Of a stretch of 64,000 bases of DNA, positions 21,700-31,804 are shown in pieces. Source of the DNA: Mustelus asterias (lineage: Eukaryota); assembly GCF_964213995.1 (NCBI RefSeq), contig NW_027590121.1, forward strand, positions 2,604,001 to 2,668,000, written 5' to 3'. The stretch's first letter is position 1; every line of letters begins with the position of its first letter. Position numbers and translations under genes: made by a program. The notes beneath the pieces are model-generated. The model was not told the origin of the DNA and ran no database searches. It was given only the letters and a program-made list of their open reading frames with translations.

Positions 21700-22032
21700 A
21701 TCACAGAATCTCTGCAGTGCAGAAGGAGACCTTTTAGCCCATCGAGTCTGCACCAAGTTTCTAACAGAGCTCCTTTACTCAGGCCCTATCCCTGTAACCT
21801 GATGTACATACATCACTAATCTTTTCCTTCCCGCTCATCTTGGGACACAAAGGGACAATTTAGCATGGTCGACCAACCCACTCTTTGGAGTGTGGGAGGA
21901 AACGAGAGCACCCAGAGGAAACCCACACAGACAGAGGGAGAATGTGCAAACTCCATACAGCCAATTACCCGAGGCTGGAATTGAACCGGGTCTCTGGCGC
22001 TATGAGACAGAAGTGCTAACCACTGTGTCACC
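21700..22032 (-). mobile_element. HE1-related V-SINE, diverged
   Basis: Head, V-domain and tail are recognisable on the reverse strand. Confidence 0.8.
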
Positions 22033-22699
22033 TCCAACAATCCTTTGTCAATCCTGAATCCACATAACATTCTCCCCTCCTGTTTTCTGGCATAAGATTA
22101 CTTAAGATGGAAAATACTTGCATTGGAAGCAATTCAGACAAGGTTCACTCGCTGATTTCGGGCATGAAGGGGTCTGTTTTATGAGGAAAGTTTAGGAGGG
22201 GTGCATCTGTGCTCATTAGATTTTAGATAAATGAGATTTGATTTTTGGAGTGAAATTAAGACTGTGACCTTTGAAAGTTAATGCGTACATGACTACAGGG
22301 CTGTGCCCAGCAGTTATCCTGTGGTTAACAAAGATCATTCTGTTGCTGACTAAATAACGAACTAACCTTTGAGCTACATCCTGTTATTGTATAAAAAATA
22401 CGGAACAGACAAAAAAAACCAGACCGCGAGGTCCTGATGGTCAGCTTAGCTTAAGATAAAGGGGAACCGAAACAAAAAGTTGTGGGTTTTTGTTAACAGT
22501 TGTTTTTGAAGGAATGTGATTGGAGGTCAATTATTGCGAGGGGAGCCCAATTGGCTAAGTACAGGTAACCACCCAAAGCTAATGACGAAGTAACCGCTAA
22601 TGTCTGTATGATCAAAGTGTATAAAAGACGGCGAGCCGCCGCTGCAAATTGAGAAGGTGAAAGGCAGCATCCATTAACCCGGCCTGTCAGTCAATGACT

Positions 22700-23110
22700 C
22701 AAACATTGTCTCTCCTGGTCACCCAAATCCTGAAGCTCTGCCCACTGACCGCGCATGCGCTCTGGTCCCCGCTAAACAAAGATGGCGGCCGCGGCACTGG
22801 GCCTGGTCCCGGATAAAATCCACGGAGCTGCAAACCCGGGACCGGAAGGCTCTTATTCAGACCTTGCGGCCTACAGCAGATGTTTGTGAAGCCTCTGTTT
22901 CCTCCCCACCCCGACTCCCGGCTCCATTCCTCCCTCCGCCCCACCGATTCCCACCCCTTGAAATAAGCGTCTCCAGCACTCGCAGGGCTCCGAGCAAAGT
23001 GACACTGCGCATGCGCCAGATACAGCACTGCGCTTGCGCACCGGGCTCCTGTGCAGTGAATAGGGCACTGTCACAGCCGCAACGAATGCTGGGTAATAAC
23101 CGCCATTGAA
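22700..23110 (-). promoter_or_regulatory. CpG-rich promoter and first exon, probably of ZNF-C
   Basis: NRF1 palindromes gcgcatgcgc (about 22751 and 23007), YY1 motif aagatggcggc (about 22779), and gtttgcagct..ccaggcccag shared with other first exons. Confidence 0.62.
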
Positions 23111-23938
23111 ACCTCATGCAATTAATTCATAATAACGTTGTAAGCATTTGAGGTAAATTAATGAAATATTGAGAATTGGTACATTGCTGTGCTCCATTTC
23201 TCAAAGTTCTGCTGCAGGACCATGCAATGGTTTCAAAGCTTTTATACCGTTTCCCCTCTCACTCCTCCTTTTATGGTGCTGATTCTGGCTGGGTTCAATC
23301 GCACATTCACTGGTTCTTCTCTCTCTCCCTGATACTGAATATTCACTGTTTTAGAGAATGATACAGCATAAATAGAAACCATTTGGCCCATTATGTCTCT
23401 GCTGGCTCTCTGGAAGATCTATCCAATTAATTCCACAGCCCAGCTCGTCGAGTCAGAACAATGCATATCTGCTGTAGTAATCTGAGACCTTAATGGAAAA
23501 GGGTTTCCACAGTTAAGCATACCAGGTGGCTGGTAGAATGTAATTAAATGTTTCTGCAGATCCCATATACTGCAGTGACATTATCCTAAAGGGCCAAGGG
23601 AGTATTCCAGTGTGTTAACCGGAATACTACAGGGCACAACCTCAGGCTAAAGGGACGATCCTTTAAAACAGAGATTAGGAGGAATTTCTTCAGCCAGAGA
23701 GTGGTGAATCTGTTGGAACTCTTTGCCACAGAAGACTGATGTGACTGTGCAATATTTCACTTCTTTGTTTCGCTTCCTTTCATCATTTAATTTCATAATG
23801 GACACGGCACTGCGAAGAAGTCAGTAAGAATTGTCAGCAAGGATTAATCAGCACTTTTTAATTGGAGATGTTAATCAGTGGAACATTTCAGACACTGAAT
23901 TGTACATTTTGTATCAAAGATCAATTTAGGACTGAATT

Positions 23939-24282
23939 TGGGCGGCACGGTAGCACAGTGGTTAGCACTGCTGCTTCACAGCTCCAGGGACCTGGGTTCG
24001 ATTCCCGTCTTGGGTCACTGTCTGTGTGGAGTTTGCACATTCTCCTTGTGTCTGCGTGGGTTTCCTCCGGGTGCTCCGGTTTCCTCCCACAGTCCAAAGA
24101 TGTGTGGGTTAGGTTGATTGGCTATGCTAAAAATTGCCCTTAGTGTCCTGGGATGCGTAGGTTAGAGAGATTAGTGGGTAAATATGTAGGGATATGGGGG
24201 TAGGGCCTGGGTGGGATTGTGGTCGGTGCAGACTCGATGGGCCGAATGGCCTCTTTCTGTGCTGTAGGATTTCTAAGATTCT
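23939..24282 (+). mobile_element. HE1-type V-SINE, young
   Basis: Nearly identical to 19996..20327. Confidence 0.92.
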
Positions 24283-24496
24283 GAAAACTTCATAACTTTT
24301 CTTGCAACTAAACTTCTGCTGAGGGTTCTTGAATTGAGGAGAAAGATCACAGATGGCGATTTTAAAAAGGGACAAAACAGCCCAAAAATCGTGACATCTC
24401 CAGATTCTAGCGAGTTATCGGATTGTTAACATCAGCAGAATCAAACCAGATATTGTCAGACTATCGATCCTGAATGTTTTTAACAGCAGCAAACAG

Positions 24497-25087
24497 TCAC
24501 TTGTGAATTTGCTGGTGTCTCAACAGACGTTGTGACTGAGTGAACCCCTCCCCACACAATGAGCAGGTGAACGGTCTCCCCCCGGTGTGAACTCGCCGAT
24601 GTGACAGCAGTTGGGATGACCAAGGGAATCCCTTCCCACACACGGAGCAGGTGAACGGCTTCTCCCCAGTGTGAGTGTGTTGGTGTTTATTGAGGTCGGT
24701 TGACTGCCTGAAACTTTCTCCACAGGTGGTGCACCTGAATGGATCCTCCTTCGTGTGCATTCGGTGGTGTGACTGGATAGCGAATATCTGAGTGAATCCC
24801 ATCCCACACACAAAGCAAATGAATGGTTTGGCACCCGTGTGAATCCGCTGGTGTTCAGTGAGAAGGGATGAAGTCTGGAATTTCTCTCCACAGGTTGTGC
24901 AGCTGAATGGCTTCTTCACAGCGTGAAGCCGCTGGTGTAACCGAAGGGCAGATGACTGAGTGAATCTCCTCTCACACACGGAACAGCTGAATGGCTTCTC
25001 CCCAGTGTGAACGCGTCGATGGATTTCCAGCCGGGATGAAGAATTGTATCCTTTACCACAGTCCTCACATTTCCATGATTTCTCCAT
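24497..25087 (-). CDS. C2H2 zinc-finger protein D, 196 aa, 7 fingers
   Basis: accATGG start, 7 intact and mutually divergent fingers, acceptor tttccag|G at 25426/25425. Confidence 0.9.
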   Translation of the reverse strand: MEKSWKCEDCGKGYNSSSRLEIHRRVHTGEKPFSCSVCERRFTQSSALRLHQRLHAVKKPFSCTTCGEKFQTSSLLTEHQRIHTGAKPFICFVCGMGFTQIFAIQSHHRMHTKEDPFRCTTCGESFRQSTDLNKHQHTHTGEKPFTCSVCGKGFPWSSQLLSHRRVHTGGRPFTCSLCGEGFTQSQRLLRHQQIHK

Positions 25088-25842
25088 GGTGCCAGTTTCC
25101 TTGTCCCTCTCCAGGTTGCAGAATCAGTTGAACACACACAGAGTACGTGTAGTTACTCCCCGCTGCGAGCGGTCTGATGTTTTTACAGGCTGTTTAACGA
25201 GTTAAAGATCTTTCACGGTTAGTGCTCTGCAGCACTCTCATTCCAGGATGTGTTTTGATGCTTTTCCTGTCACACTGATGTTTGAAATGGTCTCACAGAC
25301 AAACATTGCTCCTTCCAAATTCAAACACTGATGATGATGGCTGTGGTGAACTGAGTGATTCTGTCAGATCATTCTGTGATGTTCAGTTTGAGCTTACTGT
25401 CCATAAATCCACACACTCTAATTTCCTGGAAAAAGGAGTTTACAAAATTTATAAATAGAGAAATTCTGAACAGAATTACATTTTTCATGATACATCTGTC
25501 TTTATTTGTGCCTTGAAAACAGTGACTCCTCATCCCACACACTCTTCCCAGGCTAACTGTCTGTCCCATATTTAACAGGATTAATCTGTATTTGAGTCCA
25601 CTGTCCCAGGCTTTCTCATTGCATACAACCCCATCCCTCACTGTTTCCATGTTCCCACAACTCTGGCAGACGCCACTTCCACACAGCCTGACCTCAGTTC
25701 TGGCAAGACCCATCCACCATTCATTTGGACTCCAGGGCAGGCTGTACCATAATTTTCACCATGAGAGTTGATCAGCCTGCTAAATCCATCACACCATCTT
25801 CACAATTCCTTTCCTTACTTGCAGATTCCACCCCCTCCCTCT

Positions 25843-26000
25843 GGGGTGGCACAGTGTTTAGCACTGCTGCCTCACAGCGCCAGGGACCCAGGTTTGATTC
25901 CTGGCTTGGGTCACTCTCTGTATGGAGTCTGCATGTTCTCCCCATGTCTGTGTGGGTTTCCTCCGGGTGCTCCAGTTTCCTCCCACAGTCCAAAGATGTG
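25843..26000 (+). mobile_element. HE1-type V-SINE, 3'-truncated
   Basis: Head and V-domain only, joined directly to a Rex-Babar 3' end. Confidence 0.82.
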
Positions 26001-26363
26001 CCTCCAATCCATTGACTCTGCTACACTTCCTGCTGCCTCGGCAAAGCAGCCAGCATAATTAAGGACCTCATGCATCCCGGACATTCTCTCTTCCATCTTT
26101 ATCGGTCGGGAAAAAGATACAGAAGTCTGAGGTCACGTACCAACCGACTCAAGAACAACTTCTTCCCTGCTGTTGTCGGACTTTTGAATGGACTTACCTT
26201 GCATTAAGTTGATTTTTCTCTACACCCTAGCTGTAACTGTAACACTACATTCTGCACCCTCTCATTTCCTTCTCTATGAACGGTATGTTTTGTCTGTATA
26301 GTGCGCAAGAAACAATACTTTTCACTGTATGATAATACACGTGACAATAATAAATCAAATCAA
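26001..26363 (+). mobile_element. Rex1/Babar LINE 3' end
   Basis: KAASIIKDLMHPGHSLFH...GKRYRSLRSRTNRLKNNFFP-type C-terminus and tail aataaatcaaatcaaa. Confidence 0.8.
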
Positions 26364-26519
26364 AGAATGGTGAATGGGTCTTGCCAGAACTGAGGTCAGG
26401 CTGTGTGAGGCTGTCTTCTCCCAGAGTTGTGGGAACATACAAACAGTGAGGGATGGGGTTGTGGTCGGTGCAGACTCACTGGGCCGAATGGTCTCCTTCT
26501 ACACTGTAGGGATTCGATG

Positions 26520-27120
26520 ATTTATTGTCCCCCTCCCCCATCCTCTGATGTGAACCATCCTCCAGTGGCTGAGCCAGGATGGGGCCGTTAACCTGGGTCT
26601 GTTCCCGGGAGGGAGGGAGTGAGAAGCCCCGCAGCTGCAAACCAGGGAGCTGACAATGATTCTGAAGGGTTTGTTCCAGCTCACAATGCCCAGGGGCTGA
26701 TTGACGGCAGCTCGGACCAATAGGAAGAGGAGGCGGGGCCGGATGACCGAGCGGGAGACGCTGGTCCTCCAACCAATCAGATTCAATCGGGATCTGGAAT
26801 GAGCCTGGAACTCCCTCTGTCTGCGCACGCGCTCCGCCGCAAGCTGTGCCCGTCTCAAGATGGCGGCCGTTCACCCGGGCCTGTCTGAGGGTAAAGGCCG
26901 AGCAGCTGTCATCCGTTTAAATACCGAATCCGAGCTTCGTATGAGGACTTGGGGCCTATACAGCATGTCTTATGAAGCCTCCAAACCAACCCACCCACCG
27001 GCTCCGTCTCTCGTTCCTGATTTATCCGGCGGTATCTCCCGGGCTGATAATTCCCACAACCGCCTCAATCCTCAACTGTGAGCGGCAATGCGCATGCTCC
27101 AGATCACAATGGGGGTCCGC
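26520..27120 (-). promoter_or_regulatory. Two tandem first-exon/promoter modules of ZNF-D
   Basis: 26520-26790 is an inverted, internally deleted homolog of 30460-30845 (putative donor CAG|GTTAAC). The second module has CGG|GTGAAC followed by the YY1 motif gccgccatcttg at about 26856. Confidence 0.65.
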
Positions 27121-27123
27121 ACT

Positions 27124-27451
27124 CAGCCCCGCCCCTCATTCACTCCCATTGGCTGGAGGACCAGGCTCTCCCGTACGGTCCTGCAGCCCCTCCCCTCATT
27201 CACTCCGATTGGCTGGAGGACCAGGCTGTCCCGCCCCGTCCACCAGCCCCGCCCCTCATTCACTCCCATTGGCTGGAGGACCAGACTGTCCCCCTCGGTC
27301 CTCCAGTCCCGCCCTTCATTCACTCCTATTGGCTGGAGGACCAGGCTGTCCCGCTTGGTCCTCCCGCCCCGCCCCTTATTCACTCCGATTGGCTAGAGGA
27401 CCAGGCTGTCCCGCTCAGTCCTCCAGCCCCGCCCCTCATTCACTCCGATTG
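27124..27451. repeat. 60-bp tandem repeat, about 5.5 units, each a GC box plus CCAAT box promoter unit
   Basis: cagccccgcccctcattcactcc[c/g]attggctggaggaccaggctgtcccgcNNggtcctc starts at 27124, 27184, 27244, 27304, 27364 and 27424. Confidence 0.95.
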
Positions 27452-27499
27452 TCTGGTCACTGGAGATAAATCAGCAGGGGAAACAAAACAGGATTTTAA

Positions 27500-27765
27500 C
27501 CTCCTGAAGCCAATTCAAGTCTGAGATGAAGAGGAATTTCTTCTCTCAGGGCGTTGTGAGTCTTTGGAATTCCTTGCCAGAGAGAGCTATGGGAGCAAAA
27601 TCCTTGTGGTATATTTAAGGCTGAGTTAGATTTTTGATCAATAAGGGAATCAGGGGTTATGGGGAAAGGGCAGGAAAGTGGATGTGAGGAATGTTGGGTC
27701 AGCCATGATCCTATTGAATGCTGGAGCAGGCCTGAGGGGCCGATCTGCCTTCTCCTGTTCTTATT
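27500..27765 (+). mobile_element. CR1/HER1 LINE 3' fragment
   Basis: gagatgaagaggaatttcttctctcagggcgttgtgagtctttggaattcc plus 3' UTR. Confidence 0.8.
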
Positions 27766-27779
27766 TCTTTTTGTCTTAA

Positions 27780-28083
27780 TCATAGAATCCTACGTACAGA
27801 AGGAGGCCATTCGGCCCATCGAGTCTTCACTGACCACATTCCCACCTAGGTCCTATCCCCATAACCCCATGCATTTACCCTAGTAGTCCCCTGATACTAA
27901 GGGGCAATTTAGCATGGCCAATCCACCTAACCCGCACATCTTTGTAGTGTGGGAGGAAACCGGAGCGCCCAGAGGAAACCCACACGGAGAGAATGTGCAA
28001 ATGACACATAGACAGTTACCCAAGCTGGGAATTGAATCCAGGTCCCTGGCGCTGAGGCAGCCGTGCTAACCACTGTGCCACCC
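27780..28083 (-). mobile_element. HE1-type V-SINE
   Basis: Head, V-domain and tail on the reverse strand. Confidence 0.85.
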
Positions 28084-28139
28084 GAGGATTCTGAGGTCAA
28101 TTATAGCATGCGTGTTGATGTCTACCTGTCATGTGTCAA

Positions 28140-29075
28140 ATTTTTCCGCACAGTCATAGGTGTATCAGGAGTATAGTAGGGGGCTGAGAACACAGCCTTG
28201 TGGGGCACTAATGTTGAGGATGATCATGGAGTAGGTGTTGTTGCCTATCCTTGCTGATTGTGGTCTATGAATTAGGAAGTTCAGGATCCAGTCAGAGAAG
28301 GAGGTGCCAAGGCCCAGGCCATGGAGTTTGGAGAGGAGTTTCTTGGGAATAATAGTGTTGAAAGCTGAGCTGTAGTCAATAAATAGGAGCCTGACATAGG
28401 TGTCCTTGTTATCTAGGTGTTCCAGGGTTGAGTGCAGGGCCAGGGAAATGGCGTCTGCTGTGGACCTGTTGCAGTGGTAGGCAAACTGTAGTGGATCCAG
28501 GTAGTCCGGGAGGCTGGAATTGACTTGTGCCATGACTAACCTTTCGAAGCACTTCATAATGATGGATGTCAGAGCCACCGCCGATAGTCATTAAGGCATG
28601 CTGCTTGATTTTTCTTAGGTACCGGGATGATGGTCATCTTCTTGAAGCAGATAGGGACCTCAGATTCTTGTAAAGAGAGGTTGAAGATGTCTGTGAATAC
28701 CTCTGCCAGCTAATCCGCGCAGGATCTGAGTGCATTTCCAGGTACCCCATCTGGGTCAGTTGCTTTCCGTGGGTTGACCTTCAACAAAGCTGCTCTGACA
28801 TCTGAAGTGGTGACCCCAGATACAGGTTCATCCAGGGCTTCCAGGGTGGAGGGCATGCTCTTGCTGACCACTTTCTCAAAACGGGCGTAGAATGCATTGA
28901 GCTCATCAGGGAGGGGTGCGTTGGAGCTGGCAATTTTATATGCCTTCATCTTGTAGCCTGTTATGTCTTGCAGACCTTGCCATAATTGGGGTCGGTGTGG
29001 CTTGCCTGGGACTCTAGCTTGGTCTGGTATTGTCTTTTGGCATCTTTCGATTGTATCTGGCTTTCTTGTGTAGGT
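28140..29075 (-). mobile_element. Rex1/Babar LINE RT fragment (inverted part of a bipartite insertion)
   Basis: [48 protein letters not shown], and upstream LWQGLQDITGYK...KVNPRKATDPDGVPG. Confidence 0.9.
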
Positions 29076-29079
29076 CAAT

Positions 29080-29362
29080 GTCCACCTTCCACCTTCTTCT
29101 GTCGGGAAAAAGATATAAAATCTTGAAGTCACATACCAACCAACTCAAGAACATCTTCTTCTCTGCTGCCATCAGATTTTTGAATGGACTTACGTCGCAC
29201 TAAGTTGATCTTTCTCTACACCCTAGCTATGACTGTAACACTACATTCTGCACTCTCTCCTTTCCTTCTCCATGAATGTTATGCTTTGTCTGTATAGCAC
29301 GCAAGAAACAATACTTTTCACTGTATATATTTGACAATAATAAATCCAATCAAATCAAAACA
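29080..29362 (+). mobile_element. Rex1/Babar LINE 3' end
   Basis: Homologous to 26090..26363; tail aataaatccaatcaaatcaaa. Confidence 0.82.
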
Positions 29363-30454
29363 AATTTGGATGTGAATGTACAATGCATGGTTAGTAAGTT
29401 TGTGGATGATACTAAGTTAGGAGTATTATTGATAACGAAGATGTACAATGTCAATGGCACCTGCTAGGTATTGTGCAATACATCTAATCCTATCAGATTA
29501 GAGCAGCAAGGATTAGGGCCAAGGGAATATTGGACTGCAGAGTTACAATAACATTAGATTTTTTTTCTCCTTCTAACCTGTCTTAGAATTTCCTTCAATA
29601 ACGAGACGATCAATATTTCCTTCAACAACTCGATGATCAATATGAGAGGATGAGCATTTCTGTAATTACAAAAGGAAAATGAGTGGCTGCAATTATCCTG
29701 AGATATTCTGCATTGTCTACTATCTCCAAATGGGCCTGATAACATAGGGTGGGAACGGAATGTTTAATGTTAGTGTTTGTTGTTGTTTCTGTGCTGAATG
29801 TAAGATTCTGTTTCAGAGAAGAAGGTCGAATATTGGATGGTCAAGACTGCTCGTTGTCCTTGGAGGGTCATTTTTCCCGAAATTTCTTGAACTTTGTGGC
29901 TTTATCCCGAATATTAGACAGGTGGGTGAGCGTTGTCCGCCCCAAAGGACAGTAAGTGTCCCGTGTGTATATTTGTGTGTGAGTAAGTGTATCCATGTGT
30001 GTATCATGGAGTAAATCTGCGTATATCCTCTGTGCATGTACCTGTTGATATACGTGGGTTTCTGTGCGTTGAGAAGATGTCCGTTTGTGTGTGACTGCGG
30101 GAGAGAATGTGTGGGCCTCTGTGTTTAGCTGTGTGCTGCTTTTCATTAACTGTACTACAAGCCTTCCTCTCCAAACAAACAATGTGGTTCCTGAGAATTC
30201 CATGGAGTGATTTGAATGATGCAATTCGGAGATTCTCCATCCAGGGTGAAACCACAGGCTGCCCGTGTGCTGTGTAAAACTTGACATTGCAGAGGTCCTA
30301 TTTCTCCCAGAATAACCTGGTGTCTGCTGCTTTCCAGATCCCTTCCTTTCCGCTCATCTGTTTGAAGCCACAAACAGAAAGGTCCAGTTTTCTCCTGGAG
30401 TTTGACACAAAGCAGCTTTCACAATGATGCAGAGTTTCAGCCAATGAGGGAGAT

Positions 30455-30790
30455 CCGGGCTCAGCCCCGCCTCTCATTCACTCTGATTGGTTGGAGGACC
30501 AGCCGCTCCCGCTCGGTCCCCCAGCCCCGCCCCCTCTTCCTATTGGTCCGGAGCTGCCGTCAATCAGTGCCCGGGCATTGTGATGTGGAGCATGCGCAGT
30601 GTCATTGCTGGCCTTGGTGCTTGTTTGTCCCGGAGAAGCGGAGTCAGCGTTAGGCGGTGTCTGGGAGGATTTGGAAACACTTTGTGGATCCGCAAACCCT
30701 TCAGAATCATTGTCAGCTCCCTGGTTTGCAGCTGCGGGGCTTCTCCCTCCCTCCCTCCCGGGAACAGGCCCAGGTTAACGGCCCCATCCT
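30455..30790 (+). promoter_or_regulatory. Promoter and first exon of ZNF-E
   Basis: About 1.5 copies of the GC/CCAAT unit, gcatgcgca, and a putative donor CAG|GTTAAC at 30773/30774. Confidence 0.68.
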
Positions 30791-31018
30791 GGCTCAACCA
30801 CTGGAGGATGGTTCACATCAGAGGATGGGGGAGGGGGACAATAAATAAGAGGTTACACTTTGGCCTCAAATCAATGAGGACTCTGATCTCTGGGAAGGAA
30901 GGAAACCCTGGGAGGTGGGCGGGGAGGATTCACAACCACCCGCTGGAGGCTCCAACACCCCCAATAAGATCCATTGGTTTTATTGTCAGTCTGCAGACAG
31001 GAGCTGGAGAACTGAACC

Positions 31019-31212
31019 CAGTAAGAAGTTTAACAACACCAGGTTAAAGTACAACAGGTTTATTTGGTCGCAAAAGCCACAAGCTTTCGGAGCGCTGCTC
31101 CTTCATCAGGTGAGTGGGAATTCTGTTCACAAACAGGGCATATAAAGACACAAACTCAATTTACAGAATAATGGTTGGAATGCGAATACTTACAGCTCAT
31201 CAAGTCTTAAAA
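31019..31212 (-). mobile_element. Penelope pLTR fragment in intron 1 of ZNF-E
   Basis: Reverse complement of about 1750..1948. Confidence 0.87.
31078..31112 (-). ncRNA. Minimal hammerhead ribozyme motif with a perfect core
   Basis: cac-CTGATGA-a-ggagc(agc)gctcc-GAAA-gc-TT-gtg on the - strand. Confidence 0.8.
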
Positions 31213-31804
31213 CCACATCATGAACTGAACCCAGACAGAGGAGAGGGAGGGAGAAAACTGGGAGTGGAGGAAAAAAATGGTGGAGATGGGTTTGGATTTC
31301 AGCCCAGGGAGGAGGGAGAGTGTGTGGGACGGGGATTTACAGATTTGGGGGAACAAGAGAGGAAAAAATGTTCCAGAGAAACTGGAATTGTTCAGAATTT
31401 TTATCCAGTTCTGACAGTGATGACTTTTCTAAACTTTTTTACAGGATATTCGAAGTGAAGGAACGGCAGTCGGAAAACTCAAACCGGACATCACATCTGA
31501 CAAAGTTATTCAGTTCCTTAGGAGCTGAATATCATCGGCCTTTGAATGTGGAAGGAGAAATATTTGTCTGTTCTGCCTGTGGGCAAAGAAATTTAACATC
31601 AGTGTGACCGGAAAAGTATCGGGACAAACCCACACCCGAGTGAGAGTGTTCCAGCGAACTGACTGTGGAAAGATCTTTAACCAGTTACACAGCCTGAAGA
31701 AACATAACACTTTTCACAGCAGGGTGAAACTATATGTATGTTGTGTGTGTGGACCAGGCTTTAACTGATCATCCAACTTGGAGAAGCACAAGGACACCAG
31801 CACC

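Larger units (their letters stand above)
25626..26462. repeat. ~95-bp inverted repeat pair (25626-25723 and 26365-26462) in the ZNF-D intron
   Basis: accccatccctcactgttt...cacacagcctgacctcagttctggcaagacccatccaccattc and its reverse complement. Confidence 0.85.

Noticed and set aside
27124-27451. Regular repeat with an internal palindrome, resembling a CRISPR array
   Set aside because: Units are contiguous tandem copies with no unique spacers, there are no cas genes, and the context is eukaryotic. The Pro-rich ORFs here are repeat artefacts.
30487-31047. 100-190-aa ORFs over CpG-rich promoters (also 26476-26874 and 49165-49863) as an N-terminal domain exon
   Set aside because: GC-rich stop-poor sequence, mostly non-ATG starts, frames not preserved between paralogous copies, and they could not be joined past the leader stops.
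31766-31768. Conserved TGA as selenocysteine or programmed readthrough
   Set aside because: It is not at a Cys position, upstream fingers are frameshifted in several paralogs, and no SECIS was recognised. CGA->TGA ancestry is the simpler explanation.
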